From: Takakia lepidozioides | Taxonomy: Eukaryota; Plantae; Bryophyta | Reading direction: 5' to 3' | Length of the DNA: 64,000 bases | Assembly (NCBI GenBank): GCA_030704615.1 | Contig: CM060731.1 | Location: forward strand, 86,490,001-86,554,000 | In this document: positions 1 through 13,000 of the stretch, one piece after another | How the letters are laid out: each line of letters opens with the position of its first letter | Numbering within the stretch: position 1 is the first letter of the stretch | Notes under the pieces: generated by a model | Told to the model about the DNA's origin: nothing | Database searches by the model: none | The model's input: the letters and a program-made list of their open reading frames with translations, nothing else | Position numbers and translations under genes: made by a program

Positions 1-879
1 TCTGTGCATCCCTCGCTTACATGGGCATCTGTCATTTCGACACCCCTGGCCTCTTCAGTGGCCTTTTCTAGCCTCCTGGCTAGCCTTCTGTCTCGCCTGT
101 TCTTTTGCCCTCTCTTTTGCCCTCCCACGGGCCTTCTGTTTCTTACTAGGGGTAGCAGCAGGGGAGGCCTCCAGGACGACCACCTTTGATTGAGGCGAAC
201 TGACACCCTCATGCACCTTGCTCACTCCCCCCTCCGCAGCCCGTGACGGCTCTCTCGCTGGGGATTGCATGTGCTTGGCTTGCAACGACCTGGCTCCTTT
301 CTAACCCCTCTGACCTTGATCATTCATCTCACCAACTCGTGCTTTTGCGATGCAACCATGCACTTCTAGGGCTGCCAGGCTGAAGATGCCAAAACAAAAA
401 AAAAAAGCGAGGAAGACCGCACATGTTACACAAAGCGAAAGAGGAAGGGGCTTGCCTGAGAGTGCTCGGCTTCAGTTGGCGCGGGCTGTGAGCAAGACAA
501 TGGGATCTATTGATGGAGCTTCAGTTTGGCCATGCGAGAGGTTGGACGCCGCCCGTAGTACAAAGCCTTCAGCTTCCGCCGCGGTCTGGGTGTGGGGTTT
601 CTCTCAGGAGAGCCACGCCCTTCTCCACGCGGCATAAGTCCCAGCAAAAGAAAAAATCTCCCGAGGTATGCGTGCGTACATGCCTCGAATGGAACTTCAT
701 CCAAGCGTCACATCAGGTGTCGAAGGCGTATCCGGGAAGCAAGCGCGGAATCTTTGTGGAACATCCGGTTCAAAACCGACGGCGGAGAACATTTAATGCG
801 CAACTGCGCCATTAAATGTTGTAGGTATGGAGGTCGGCCACAGGCGCTGACAGGCCCACCCTCCCCCCGAGACTTCATC

Positions 880-1222
880 AGTCGCCCGTTGGATGGAAAA
901 AACGGCGCTGAAATTTCCATCCAGCGGATGAAGTAGGACGCAACGTGGCCCTCCCTTCGCCCGAGCCGTTCTCATCCACGAGACGCCGGATGGAAAAGTC
1001 CATCCTGCAGGTAATTCGGAGCGCGGCCGGATGGAAATCCGGCGCCGAATTTCCATCCTGCAGGTAATTCAGAGCGGGGCCGGATGGAAATCCGGCGCCG
1101 AATTTGCAACCTGCAAGTAATTCGGAGCGGGGCTGGATGGAAATCCAGCGCCGAATTTCCAACCTGCAGGTAATTCGGAGCGGGGCCGGATGGAAATTCG
1201 GAGCAAATTTCCATCCTGCAGC
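880..1222. repeat. 53-bp tandem array built on the palindrome GGAAAT(C/T)CGGCGCCGAATTTCC (inside element A)
   Basis: Unit starts at 1028, 1081, 1134 and 1187 (period 53); partial copies at ~890 and ~990. Confidence 0.9.
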
Positions 1223-1321
1223 CACAAAATTCCAAGTTTAGTGTGTAACCAGTCAAAAAAACGTGAAAAACTTGATGCAACAACTAAAAATTGTTGAAGA
1301 AGGGCCGATATGGGCGTCTGT

Positions 1322-2040
1322 GGATGGAAATTCGGCGCCGTTTTTCCATCTGGGGGATGTTCTCTGTCGGCCATGTGTCGACCTCTCCCCCCGAGACGAC
1401 TTCATCCAACGGGCCTCGGATGGAAATTCGGCGCCGTTTTTCCATCCGGGGGATATTCTCTGTCGGCCAGGTGTCGGCCTCTCCCCCCGAGACGACTTCA
1501 TCCAACGGGCCTCGGTTGGAAATTCGGCGCCGTTTTTCCATCCGGGGGATGTTCTCTGTCGGCCAGGTGTCGGCCTCTCCCCCCGAGACGACTTCATCCA
1601 ACGGGCCTCGGTTGGAAATTCGGCGCCGTTTTTCCATCCGGGGGATGTTCTCTGTCGGCCAGGTGTTGGCCTCTCCCCCCGAGACGACTTCATCCAACGG
1701 GCCTCGGTTGGAAATTCGGCACCGTTTTTCCATCCGGCGGATGATCTCTATCAGCCTGGTGTCGCCTCTCCCCCCGTGACGACTTCATCCGAACGGCCTC
1801 GGATGGAAATTCGGCGCCGTTTTTCCATCCGGCGGATGATCTCTGTCGGCTAGGTGACCGCCTCTCCCCCCGAGACGACTTCATCCGGCCGGCCTCGGAT
1901 GGAAATTCGGTGCCGTTTTTCCTTCCAGAGGCTGATCTCTGTCGGCCTGGTGTCACCTCTCCCCCCGTGACGAATTCATCCGAACGGCCTTGGATGGAAA
2001 TTCGGCGCCGTTTTTCCATCCGGGTGATGTTCTCTGGCAG
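1322..2040. repeat. 96-bp tandem array (~7.5 units), each unit carrying GGAAATTCGGCGCCGTTTTTCC (inside element A)
   Basis: Units start at 1322, 1418, 1514, 1610, 1706, 1801, 1897 and 1992; this explains the repetitive ORFs in all six frames. Confidence 0.95.
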
Positions 2041-2291
2041 GCACGTGGGGCCGTCACCCTTCGATTTGACGCCATGTCGAATTAAATGTTGCCCCTCATT
2101 CCTGGGTACGGTTATATTAAATGTTGCTCTTTTCTTTGCCACTTGCCCGACCTTTGCTCGTGACACACGCGTTTCAAACCGAGACAGTAACAACACTTCC
2201 TCGCTCCGAGCTCCTCTCACTTCAGCTTTCCCACACTCCCCCCTCCCTGCGCACCCTGTCTTCTTCCTGGCAGCCCTTTCAATAGTTGGTG

Positions 2292-2858
2292 ATGGCGTGC
2301 CGGGATCCCAGCAATTGCCCAAACAAGCATCTCACCCCGTGGGACTTCTCGCCCAAGTGAGGGGATATTTTCATATACCTGCAGGATTGGATAGACCACT
2401 CTTAGCAGAGGAGGGTGCACCTGTCCGCTCTTGAGTACATTCCTGGCTTCCACGATCAGACTCTCGGGGACGGGCTTGCGCGGCTTTGGTGCCTGCGAAT
2501 CGTTGATCTGCAGTATCCGCCTGCATGGAACATCCCCAAAAGCCGCACGGCCTTACTACATCATTGGAGGTGCTGCCAGTGGGCCTACAAGGATTGCATC
2601 GGGTGTACGTACATGCCACAGAGGATTCCATCCCAAACAGTGTATGGGGACATTCTCATAAGCTACGAGGATGAGTTCTATGGACACAGTCTCTCCACAA
2701 CAAAGATTTCGATTTACGATGGTACATATATTGGAGGACATGACACCGTTGTCCACTACACCAAAGGCAAACGGGCTGCATCCATTGTCTTCACCTACCG
2801 ACACCCTGTCAGTCATGAGCTTGTTGAGAGGCCAATCGAGGTTCCAGCTTCTTGGTGA
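2292..2858 (+). pseudogene. Conserved ~185-aa orphan accessory gene of the MULE group, two in-frame stops
   Basis: MACRDPSNCP...WRCCQW...VYGDILIS...SIYDG...GHD aligns with ORFs at 19245-19790, 18138-18695 and 35617-36185. Confidence 0.75.
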
Positions 2859-3439
2859 GGATAGTGCAACACGGGAAAAAAATCCCAACTTACCTGAGCA
2901 TGGATGGCATGCATACTTTTGGCTTCCCTCGGCTTGTGAGGGCATGCATACTTGTCACAGTTCATTATTAATAAAAATGCCTCCTTTGAACCAAAGTTCC
3001 ACTTTTTGCGCAATGTTGCATTTTGTTGTGTGTTGACTTTTGGCAGCGAGGGACTGGCACTCAATCTTGTAATCAGACCCACTGGAATGCCACCTCTGTC
3101 AGTTCCCTCTGTCCATGGGGAAGGTGCTTGCACGCTCACCCCCCCACGCTTCTTGTCAGACGCCGTAATGATTGGTTTGCGCAGCGCATCTGCACATGTC
3201 ATATACCTTCTGACTGCATACCGTTGGCAGTTATTGCGCAAAGGCCAGGGGCCACATTCCGTAGACAAGGTTCATTAACTCTCTGACAGTGGATTTTCGG
3301 GAGAGTGGGCTCCCCGGATTCGTGAATAGGCTTCGTCGCTCGGAAAAATCGGCCCTGCATTCCTTCTCCTCGCTGCATCCCCCTTCTTCGAGGGCGCTTG
3401 TCCGAACGCCGTCCTAACACACTTGTGTGCACATCTCCC

Positions 3440-6400
3440 ATGGCAGAAAACCCGAGCGCTATAGTGTATTGCCCTCCTCACGAGCATATAGCTACATTTC
3501 CGTGCAGAGGGGACATCTGCCGGGTGATGGAGAAATATCTCTGCATTCGATACCACCTGAAACCGGGGTCGGTATTTTTGGAGGAGGAAAGGAAGGATTC
3601 AAACGGAGTTGTAGTCGAAAGTATTGTTGTGCTCCACGATGATTTCGGCGACGGCAGGGAATGGCGAGTTCCACCATCGGACAACGTCATATACAGGGCT
3701 ATTGGGGACTTCATTTGCCCGCCAAATGCCCCTTCTATCCCGGCGCCTTCCACGAAACAATCCGCGAATCAGAGAGTGGGTACCTCGAAGAGAGAAGTCC
3801 ACAAAGAAGTAAATCCAGAGCCGAACCCATCAATGAAGACGAGCGAGAACCGGGTTGTTCACAACCTGTCCGACTCCGACGAGGTCATGGAAGTTCCGAG
3901 ATCATCCTGGAGATCAAGCAAGTCCTTAATGGACATCAGCGGACGAGGGAGTCATATTCCCAGCACGAACACAACAGTTCGATCCATTCTTGAAATTCTG
4001 CGAGGGCTTCACATGGAGGGACACCGCTCGAAGCTGGCTGGGCTGGACTACAGCAAGTTCGCAATTAAATGCGTTACATGCCTTCCCGCAGACGTCAATG
4101 GTAATATCTTCTTTGAGTTCCCTCCTCGAACGGACTATTCCAGGGCGTCCGGAATGTTGACAGATATGGATAGGAAACATGACGGTCATCTTTGGTGCGT
4201 CACCAAAACCACCAGCATAAAGATGCTCGATGGTGTGCGGGTGTGCTGCGTTGTTTGTGCGGGCGCGTTGCGGTGTTTCTCCCCAACTTGCTTCCACTTT
4301 AAATCCAGAGGTCACAAGAATGAGAAGGATTGGACAGGCACAACTCATCAACCATTTCGAGCTTAGGAGAAGGTTCCAAACTCCACATTTAAGTGTGCGC
4401 ATTGCAAAGAACCATCACATTGCATGTATGTTTGTAATGCCAAGCAGTTATATGTGTTGCACCGTTTCCCTGACCTCACATGAGCTTGCATACACGTTGG
4501 CTCCCATTGTCACAAATTGGCAAGGGGAAGCTTGCGGGAGGCTGCCCACGAGGCAGAGCAGCTCGTTCAGGAGGAGGTTAAGTTGAGACTTGGTGCCAAA
4601 CCCAAACAGATACAGCTGCAGGCCGCCCATAAGATGGCATTGGCCAGAATTATGTCGGAAGACGGCTCCGACAAAGTTCCTCTCAATGAGAAGGAAATGG
4701 AGGCATTGCTGGAGTCAGTGTCCCACGTCTGTTCACTGAATGTCCAAAACCACATTGTCTCTTGCAAACAGAAAATTGGGCGTGGCTCGGATATGCACTC
4801 CATTCTGGAGGTGACGCGACGTTGTGGATATGACTACATTCATGGAAGTAGGTTTCCTGGACAAGGGACTCAGGCAGATCGTTGTTTCGTATTCAAAATG
4901 TCAACGTGTGGGCCTAGCAGCGGCGTCGAACTGGTCGACCGGATGACGAGTGGGGACTTGTCAAACAGTTGGGTCATGTTCGACCATATCAAGCGAATTA
5001 CAAATCACCAGTGGGTGACAATGGCTGCACATGTCTACGACACCCACTGCAGGATGCTAATGACAATTGTTATTTGTGAGATGAAAGGAGAGGACACACA
5101 ATCGGAGATGCTTCTTTGGCAGGGAATAAACGAACAGATGGCCAGGGCGGGATTGCCCCCTCCCAATTTCCGTGGTTTCATGGCGGACAACGCAAATGCA
5201 AATTGGGCTGCCATCCGAAGGGTGTACGGGGAAGACCCCAATGTTCCGATGGAAGGCAAGGAGAGATCTTGTGGGTTCCATTTTCTGCAAAGCTTGTCGC
5301 AGTACACAACCCGACTCGTGGCGCCAGATTTCAGAGAGGAGCACCGTTCCATGTGTCTTGCGTGGAAGCGTGCTCCCACCTTGGATGATGCAGAGACACA
5401 GTTTGCATGTATACGGGCTTGGTGGACAACGTCAGGTGCTATAAAGAAATCAGACGAGAGAGCAATGGTCAGTTGGCTAGCATGGTGGCATTATCGTTTC
5501 CTCCAGTTCGGCGACTATATGCGGGAGGTGAGTTGGTCAAATTCACGTCCCGTTCAATATTATGCTAGTCATTATTTGTAACTTGCTTGTAACCTCAACA
5601 TGTGCATGTGCAGGAAATGTGTCTCGACTCCGACACCGACATGCCGACAACAAACATGGCCGAATCAGTACATTCTTCATGGCGTGCCTCCTCTGCGGTG
5701 CATCTGGTGGACATCCTCACTGCCACAACGAAAGACATTGTGAGGTCAATTATGCAGCAATGCAGGTACAACGAGTTCTTGAAAGGGAAACAGTGGGGCT
5801 TGGGGCCGGACAGGCAGGAAACGTTGATGCGGACTGCCTCCAGATCGAAGAATCCTCGGAAGTGGGCGGCAGCCTTGCGAGAGGGCCTTCGGGACATGTC
5901 ATTGCTTCGAAGAGGCCAACACTTGGAAGGAGATGTTCACACCCGTCCAGTGAGACGAAGACTTGACGAGGCATCTGGCGGAGAAGAGGATTCATGGCGA
6001 GCTGACAAGAATATTCGCACGCTCCCTCGTGGTCTTGTGATGTTGCCCGAGGAGGTCTTGTCGAGCACCACAAGTCCTGCACGTTCAAGATCGCCATCTC
6101 CTTTGAGCATAGGGCACGTACCTGAGGAACATAACGAGCCATCTGTAGTAATGCAGTACAACATACCCATTGTGGAGACAAGAGTGTCGGAGTCACAGTG
6201 GAGAATTGCAAGGACATTGCCGGCATTTCAAGGGAAGTGTTGCGCCATCCGGGTGGATACGAGAGCACGTTGTGGTGAGATGATTTGGAGGAACCCACAC
6301 GGTGTTGTACCTGCACCTTGTTTCAGCGGCAGATTTTTGACTCCCACATTCTCTCATGCCACAACGCAGACGTTTTGGTTATGTAGGCATGACATAATGA

Positions 6401-7032
6401 CATGTGTATTTGGCAAGCCCAAGTACGGGATTCAGGGAATGCCGAAGCCTCCGGGCGTCTGGCCTGTTGCACCGGGTTGCAACCTCTCTCAGAATGAGGC
6501 GGATGCTCTTTCTGCAGCAGGATTTTGAATGCTGCAACGCACAGACGTCCCGGCCCACTCGTTTTCAGTTCCTTAGACCCAGCCATTGCAGACTGCTTGG
6601 TCCAGTAGAGACGGATTGGACAATTTTGCACATCCCACAATGCGATTCGGAAGAGTGAAGAGACGACACCCTCCCAACAAGTTGAATGAGACTCGGATTG
6701 CCAATGCTCTTGGGATGGCTTGCACTATTCAGTGCTCCGTGGACGTACCCCCACCCGGCCTTGGGCGTGTTTATCGGATGGCAACGGCCGGCTCAGCTGT
6801 ACGCGACGACGTATACACAATTACGATTGGAGTGGAGCCGACTTGCAATTGTACGGACTTCTCGTTGATGGAAGCAAAGAAGGGGTCAAAATATTATCCG
6901 TGCAAGCATTTGTATTACATTTACCTGAAAAGGTTGAGGATGAACTTGACTATTGATGACTTTATTCATGCACCAGCGTTGAGCGTGAACAAGCTGCACA
7001 AACTCCTCCGCCGGGATTCCAGAAATCATTGA
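3440..7032 (+). pseudogene. Mutator-superfamily DDE transposase with GCM-like Zn domain and C-terminal SWIM finger (~1,168 aa, intron 5528-5613, three premature stops)
   Basis: Motifs VMFDH, FMADNA, SCGFH (CxxH), TNMAESVH and SWIM CNCTDF..PCKH. ORFs 3398/4517 share a frame, as do 5602/6586, and a GT-AG phase-0 intron joins them. Stops at 4364, 4481 and 6526. Confidence 0.9.
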
Positions 7033-7837
7033 TGGGGCAAAGGGAATCCACCATATGGATATTTGCAATTGCATTTTGATGCATTAGACTTTGTTTTGCA
7101 GTGTAATGAATTGACAGACAATATTAAAGTGATGTCTTTTAAACACTATGGACTGCTGGATATCTGTTGACGTCCAGTGACAATTCAATGTCGAAACAGA
7201 ATCAATACAAAGATGGCGGCAGGAAAAATTTGCAAATCTTCCAGAAAATTGAGTTCCAACAGTTGCAGTTGAGGGGGCCATTTCTGGAAAAATGGCGCCG
7301 AATTTCCCTATTTTGGGCCGAAAACTAGCTAAGTCCCAACATGTACGGGAACGATGTCTGGAAAAATGGCGCCGAATTTCCAGTTACATAGCCCAGAACT
7401 GCCCAACATTTGTGCAATGTCCGGCACCATGTACCAAAATTCGGCGCCACATTTCCAAATTTTGGGCTTACACTTCAATCAAGTTGGTACCTATAACTGC
7501 GAAATTCGGCACCATTTTTCGCCGGAGACACCTATTACCGCACAATACGTCGCAGATTTCTCCGGTTGCGGAACCTATTACCGCGAAATTCGGCGCCATT
7601 TTTGCAGATGTCGCTCGGAATTCGCATGAGCGGAAGACGAAATATCATGAGCACTGCTCTCAAAACTACAATTTCTACTTCAAACAATGAATATTATATT
7701 GATTTTTTTCTGACACATTCCATTAAAATAATATTTTTTAATATTTTTTATTTCCAGAATTTGTACTTCTGCTCATGAAAACCGATTGTCTTACTACTCC
7801 GCTCATGCCGCTCATGCTCATGAAATAGCTAACCTCG

Positions 7838-9188
7838 CTATCAAGGCTTTATCCTATACTATGATAGGTGGCAGAATGTATAAGCTAGGACCTGATGGAG
7901 TTCTTAAACGATGCTTGTACCACCATGAAGTAAATAAAGTTTTGGAGGAAGTTCATAAAGGAGTGGCTGGAGGACATTTTGGAGAGGAGACTACCAATAG
8001 AAAAATACTACTGGCAGGTTACTGGTGGCCTACTTTGTTCAGGGATGTACACAAGTATTGCAAGAGTTGTGATGAGTGTCAGAGGCTAGGACCTTTGCAA
8101 AGATCTGGGAAGATGGCTTTACATCCTACGATGCCTACTGAACCATTTCAGAATTGGGGACTAACTTTGTGGGACCAATTAATCCACCAGCCAGGAATAC
8201 ACAGAACAAATATATAGTCACAGCCACTGATTATACTACAAAGTGGGTGGAAGCTAAGGCTCTGAAGGACAACACAGCTAAGTCCACAGCAAGGTTCATG
8301 TATGAGAACATACTCACGAGATTTGGTTGTCCCCTGGAATTTATCAGTGACTAGGGAAGTCACTTCATTAATGAGACCATAGAATTATTGATAAAAAGTT
8401 CATGATTGTGCACAGGAAGAGTACAACCTATTACCCATAGGGCAATGGGCAGGCAGAAGCCACCAACAAAATACTATGCACTATTTTGGCTAAGATAGTC
8501 AATGCAAACAGAACGGATTGGGATACAAAGCTATTGACAGCTTTGTGGTCATACAAGACTTCATATAAAGTCACAACCAAGTATACACCATTCCAACTAG
8601 TTTATGGTATGGAAGCTTTATTTCCAGTAGAATTCTTATTACCTACCATGAGAACTGAATGGGGAAGGAGAATGGAATTGGAGGATGCAATTAAAGTAAG
8701 GAAACATGAGTTATACCATGTAGAAAAAGTACGTGTTGATGCAACAGATAACATGACCAGAATTCAGATGAGGAGGAATGATCAATTTGATGAAGGTAAA
8801 TTGAAAACTTTTAAGACGGGTGATTTGGTACTGTGGTTGCAGAAGAAGGGGAAGATTAAAGCTTCTAAGCTTAAGTCGCCATGGAAAGGACCTTATGTCA
8901 TACAAAAGATGTATGATAACAACACAGCCATGTTACAAACCATTAACAAAGAGATGCTTGGAAGAGTCAATGCCAATAAGTTGAAGGGATACAGTGGATC
9001 CATGACAAACCATTGCAGCATGATTTGCACCAGTAACACCAACGGAGCATGAAGCACTTGTTGTTAAACCGAATGTGTATGGCCATAACAGATAACACGG
9101 GTGTTCACACAGCCATCACAGCCCACCACAGTTTAACACAGCACATCATAGCCCACCACAGTTTAACACAGCACAACACAGCCCACCT
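7838..9188 (+). mobile_element. Ty3/Gypsy integrase fragment, same family as 52720-61855
   Basis: H..GGH..C..C zinc motif, TDYTTKWVEA, ISD*GSHF, YYP*GNGQAE, WKGPY; closely matches 57811-59300 on the minus strand. Confidence 0.93.
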
Positions 9189-9526
9189 CATAATGGAACC
9201 AATGCATCTCATAGCTCAGAGGATGGGGGGGATGAGGGGGATGAGGAGGAAGGTGGGGCAAGTTCCTCGGAGGGTATAGGAGAGTAGTGCCCATTCCGGC
9301 TATGGCAGTTATGACACACTTGTATAGATGTGGCTTGCCACAAAATTTGCAATAAAATGTTGCATTTCATTGCTATGACAAGTCCACTGGTGCCAAATTC
9401 CAACTTCATATGACCCTATTTCCATGCCTCCTAACCCTATTTCCGCGGACACACAATGGTCCGCTCATGCTTTTTTTTTTCCCGCTCATGCTCATGCCAT
9501 GCCGCTCATGAAATAGCAGCCCCCCA
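9189..9526 (-). mobile_element. Isolated ~340-bp terminal fragment of the element-C family (CGGGGG-type end)
   Basis: Near copy of ~28159-28489, ending GCTCATGAAATAGCAGCCCCCC. Confidence 0.85.
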
Positions 9527-10025
9527 TGAGACCCAAATCCGTGGGAGTGGGGCAGATGCTCGTGGACCGGATTGTCCAATAAGTGGCCGCACTCAATTAT
9601 CGGCAATAGGAAACAAAAATGTTAACGGGAATCCAAAAGTGGTTGTTTTCGAGACGATGAGAGACAAACACTACAACATTTGTACACTAAACAGAGGAAT
9701 ATTTGAATGTACAAATTAAGTTTCGAGGCTATGGAGTAGGTCTACGGATGAAAAGTTATGACGGATGTTGGATGGATGACATTTATTGGGATGCAAAATT
9801 TAAACTTCAACACAATGAGAGGTAACTCGCGTGGAGCACTTAAACCATAATGGGAGAGGGCACGTGTCTCCCAACCACGGGCAATTGAAGGAATCCGTTG
9901 AGGGCCACGGAGGATTAGTGCGCCCTTTTCGTTTACTCCACAGTATCCGCTGGCACACTCCCTTTTTTGCTCTTCCCGACCCTCCGCCTTCGTGTTCCGC
10001 TGCCGAGCTTCCTCTCCTGCTTCTG

Positions 10026-13000
10026 ATGGAGCATGTTCAGGATGAGGAGGATGACTTCGTCCTTGGAACGGCCACTCGGAGCAAGGTGCTGCGCACTCGC
10101 ACCGTTGTCTCGCAACAGAGCACGGAGAGCAGACCTCCAAGGAAGGGTGGGAAATTTCAGAAGAAAGCCGCCGCATCACAGGAGGGAGGGATGGTGTCCA
10201 CAGCCGCCACGATGTCTGGGGATCCCGTGCCCTTATCCCCCATATGTGCAAGCGGCACCTCCGCAGGTCAAGCGCAACGCGTTCCGCCTTCCCCCATTTC
10301 AACAACCGGGGCCTCGTCAGGTCCAGCAACAAGCGCCCAGACAGGTGGTAACTCCAATCCCGCGCACAAGAATAAGGTAGCAGACGTTGTCTTCACTGCA
10401 GACATGCGCAAGCAAGCACTTTTGTCATTGACGACTAGTGCAATGAACCACACTATGAGCTCCATTGCGCACTTGTTGAAGAGTGGGGCCCCTCCACAAA
10501 TCCCATTGTGTAGGATGAAGCCCCTCCCAACTGTGCGAATGGCCGAGCGACCCGGCATCAATAAGCTGAAGCTCTACTTTGAGGCAGATCACTATAACGA
10601 TGCCCTCGCCTCATTGTTGCTTTCAATAAATGACAACAGTGGGCAAGCTCAGGACATACAACCGACAGACCGTGGAAATTGGTCACCGCATTGGCAAGCA
10701 GTGGATGCTGCATTTGAGGATGACATAAGGAACACAGAGTGGGAGTTCATTTCAAACAAATGGCTACATATTTACGACGGCAATCACAGGTGGTACGCGT
10801 GGATGGAGGTCATTTCGGAGCAACACGCTGACGATGCAAGTTGGCACTACCGTGTGAACGCAAAAATTCTCGATGTGAGGAGTTCCGATCTGGGCCTCAT
10901 ACGGCGTGCAATGAACAGAATGAATGTGTAAGTATGTCCGTGCATTTGTGCTCACATGAGCAAAGTTGAAATTTGTGCATGAGCATGGGTCACCGTGTAC
11001 GGAGTATCTCCATATATACGCTTAAACCCTTATAGTCGGGAACGACTATATCTGTTTCTAAAGGGACGGGAGGGCACTTGTGCATCGCGGAATTGAGAAG
11101 TAACGGTGGTTATTAAAAGAGCATTGTTGAAACCACAACATTTTTCTTCTCTGTCACTTCCACACCCCCTTAAAGAAGTACGTAGTTGTCAATAACAGCA
11201 GAATGCATTGCCCATATAGGAGTACCAAGTTATAGTCGGGACCGACTATGGCAGACTGTGTACAATATTTACCTCACAATTTTTACCCCTTGTTCATTTC
11301 AAGTGGTTTAGTCGTTCCCGACTACACGAATTTGGAGGGGTGGAACACTGTATGAAGTTGTCTTTGTTGATGCCCGACTATGTAGGAGTAGTTTCATGTC
11401 ATAGTCGTTGCCGACTATGAGAAGTTGTCGTGTGCTTTGTGCAGCGTAACAGATCGTGGGAACGTCTCGTCCCAGCTCCCTCATAAGCTTTTTTACTTCC
11501 AAAAATGCGCCACGACACCAGTCGAGCAATACGAATCATCACTTCCACCAGAAGTGTATGAGAAGTGCTTAAACAAGCGGGATGGGAATTGGATGACGAT
11601 ACCACGAGATGCTCTCATAGAGTACATGGGTCAAGAAGGATTCCGCAGAATCAGAAATGCTTGCTTTGAAGCCCATGTGCACTTGCCCACAATGGCGGAA
11701 ACCACAGAGCTAATTAGGAAGGCCATTGCAATTGAATTTCAAGTGCATAGGACGAAAATGTACACCAAAATTGCAAAGTATTCGTCTATCTGTGACCCAG
11801 CTTTGGGTGCTGAGTTCCTCTTGGAGATAACCGCGCATTACAAGAAATTGGCCGTCAACCAGAAGCCCGAGATGACATTAGAGAAGTTGCAGATGTTGGC
11901 CACTAGTGAGGTTACAGTTGCGGAGAAGGTTGCATGGTTGAAGATATGGAATTCCGACCCTGGGATTAGGAAAGATGTCAAATTTCCAAAGGCGCCAACA
12001 GATGTGGTGTTCGGCTTATGGTTGGACAAGATGATATGGTGGTTCCAGGTAAGCAGCGAAACATACATCATGACGTTTTGTATATTCATTTGTGAGACCC
12101 ATTCTGATTTGGAAACTCCGGATGCAGCAAAAGGAGGAAGCTCAGCGGTGGTTGGAGTGGCTCATTCAAAAGGGTTTCTTGCAGCTACCAACCTGGGAGG
12201 AAGCACCATCTGTAAGGTCTCTGTCAGATTGGGTGGACGATTTCCGTATAAAGTATTGGAGGGAATTGTTTTGGAGCGAGATGAAGGACGGCCCTGCTCG
12301 AAGCTGGCAGATTACCGAGCAGCCAGGGGGGACTCTACCGGCCCGTCGAATTGTTTACAGGTTTGAATAGTTATCAGAGTTCCATCAATTTACATTTGTG
12401 CAAATGTTTAAGTCATGGTGGAGTGCGGAGGTTCCAAACATTAACACGTGTCTCGCACAGTTTTGTAGGTATCTCAATTTCTACTTGCTCGCCAACAAGC
12501 ACATAAAGTGTATGCCGGCCATGGTCACACAGTGGGCTAGTCAGCGGGGTGACTGCACAATGTACAACGGAAGGCAGTTGGGCCTATACGTGAAAGCATC
12601 ACATCTACCGTGCTTCTAGTGGCTCGACTTGCCACCGAATTTTACTCCTGACGAGGAGGCTGAATTGTACAAGAAGTACATGAATCATGAACTACCGGCA
12701 CCAACAAATATGGAGCCCTTGATGGAGGAAGGTGCCGAGGAGGCTGCCGATGTTGCTGCAGCCCAAATAGAAGAAGCGAACACGGCTCTACAAGCAACAG
12801 TTGCAACGAAAAAACAGAGGAAAAGGAAGCAGAAACCGAAAAAAAACACCAACACAGTACAAGTCACCCCCCCAGGCACAAGGCGTGGAGGCAACACGGG
12901 TATGGAGGGTGTTGATGAGACAGATGGTGCAAACAGGCATGAGAACCCAGCTTATGGACATTTTACCCAAGCCTTGCATAATTTCCAAGTGGAGCGGAGG

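Larger units (their letters stand above)
880..7837 (+). mobile_element. MULE-like DNA transposon copy A; right end at 7837, left end not seen (may lie upstream of the window)
   Basis: Orphan ORF, then GCM/DDE/SWIM transposase, subterminal palindromes 7285-7625 and terminus GCTCATGAAATAGCTAACCTCG abutting Gypsy integrase sequence. Collinear with copy D. Confidence 0.85.

Noticed and set aside
1-500. Lys/Ala-rich minus-strand ORF as a fifth MTase-gene copy inside element A
   Set aside because: The orientation would fit, but I found no shared motif with G1-G4.
793-1853. Many overlapping repetitive ORFs (also 15594-16795 and 19952-21010)
   Set aside because: Artefacts of stop-poor tandem palindromic repeats.
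1322-2040. CRISPR-like look of the palindromic repeat arrays (also 20075-20835 and 39410-41210)
   Set aside because: Spacers are copies of each other or AT-rich filler, no cas genes are present, and the context is eukaryotic.
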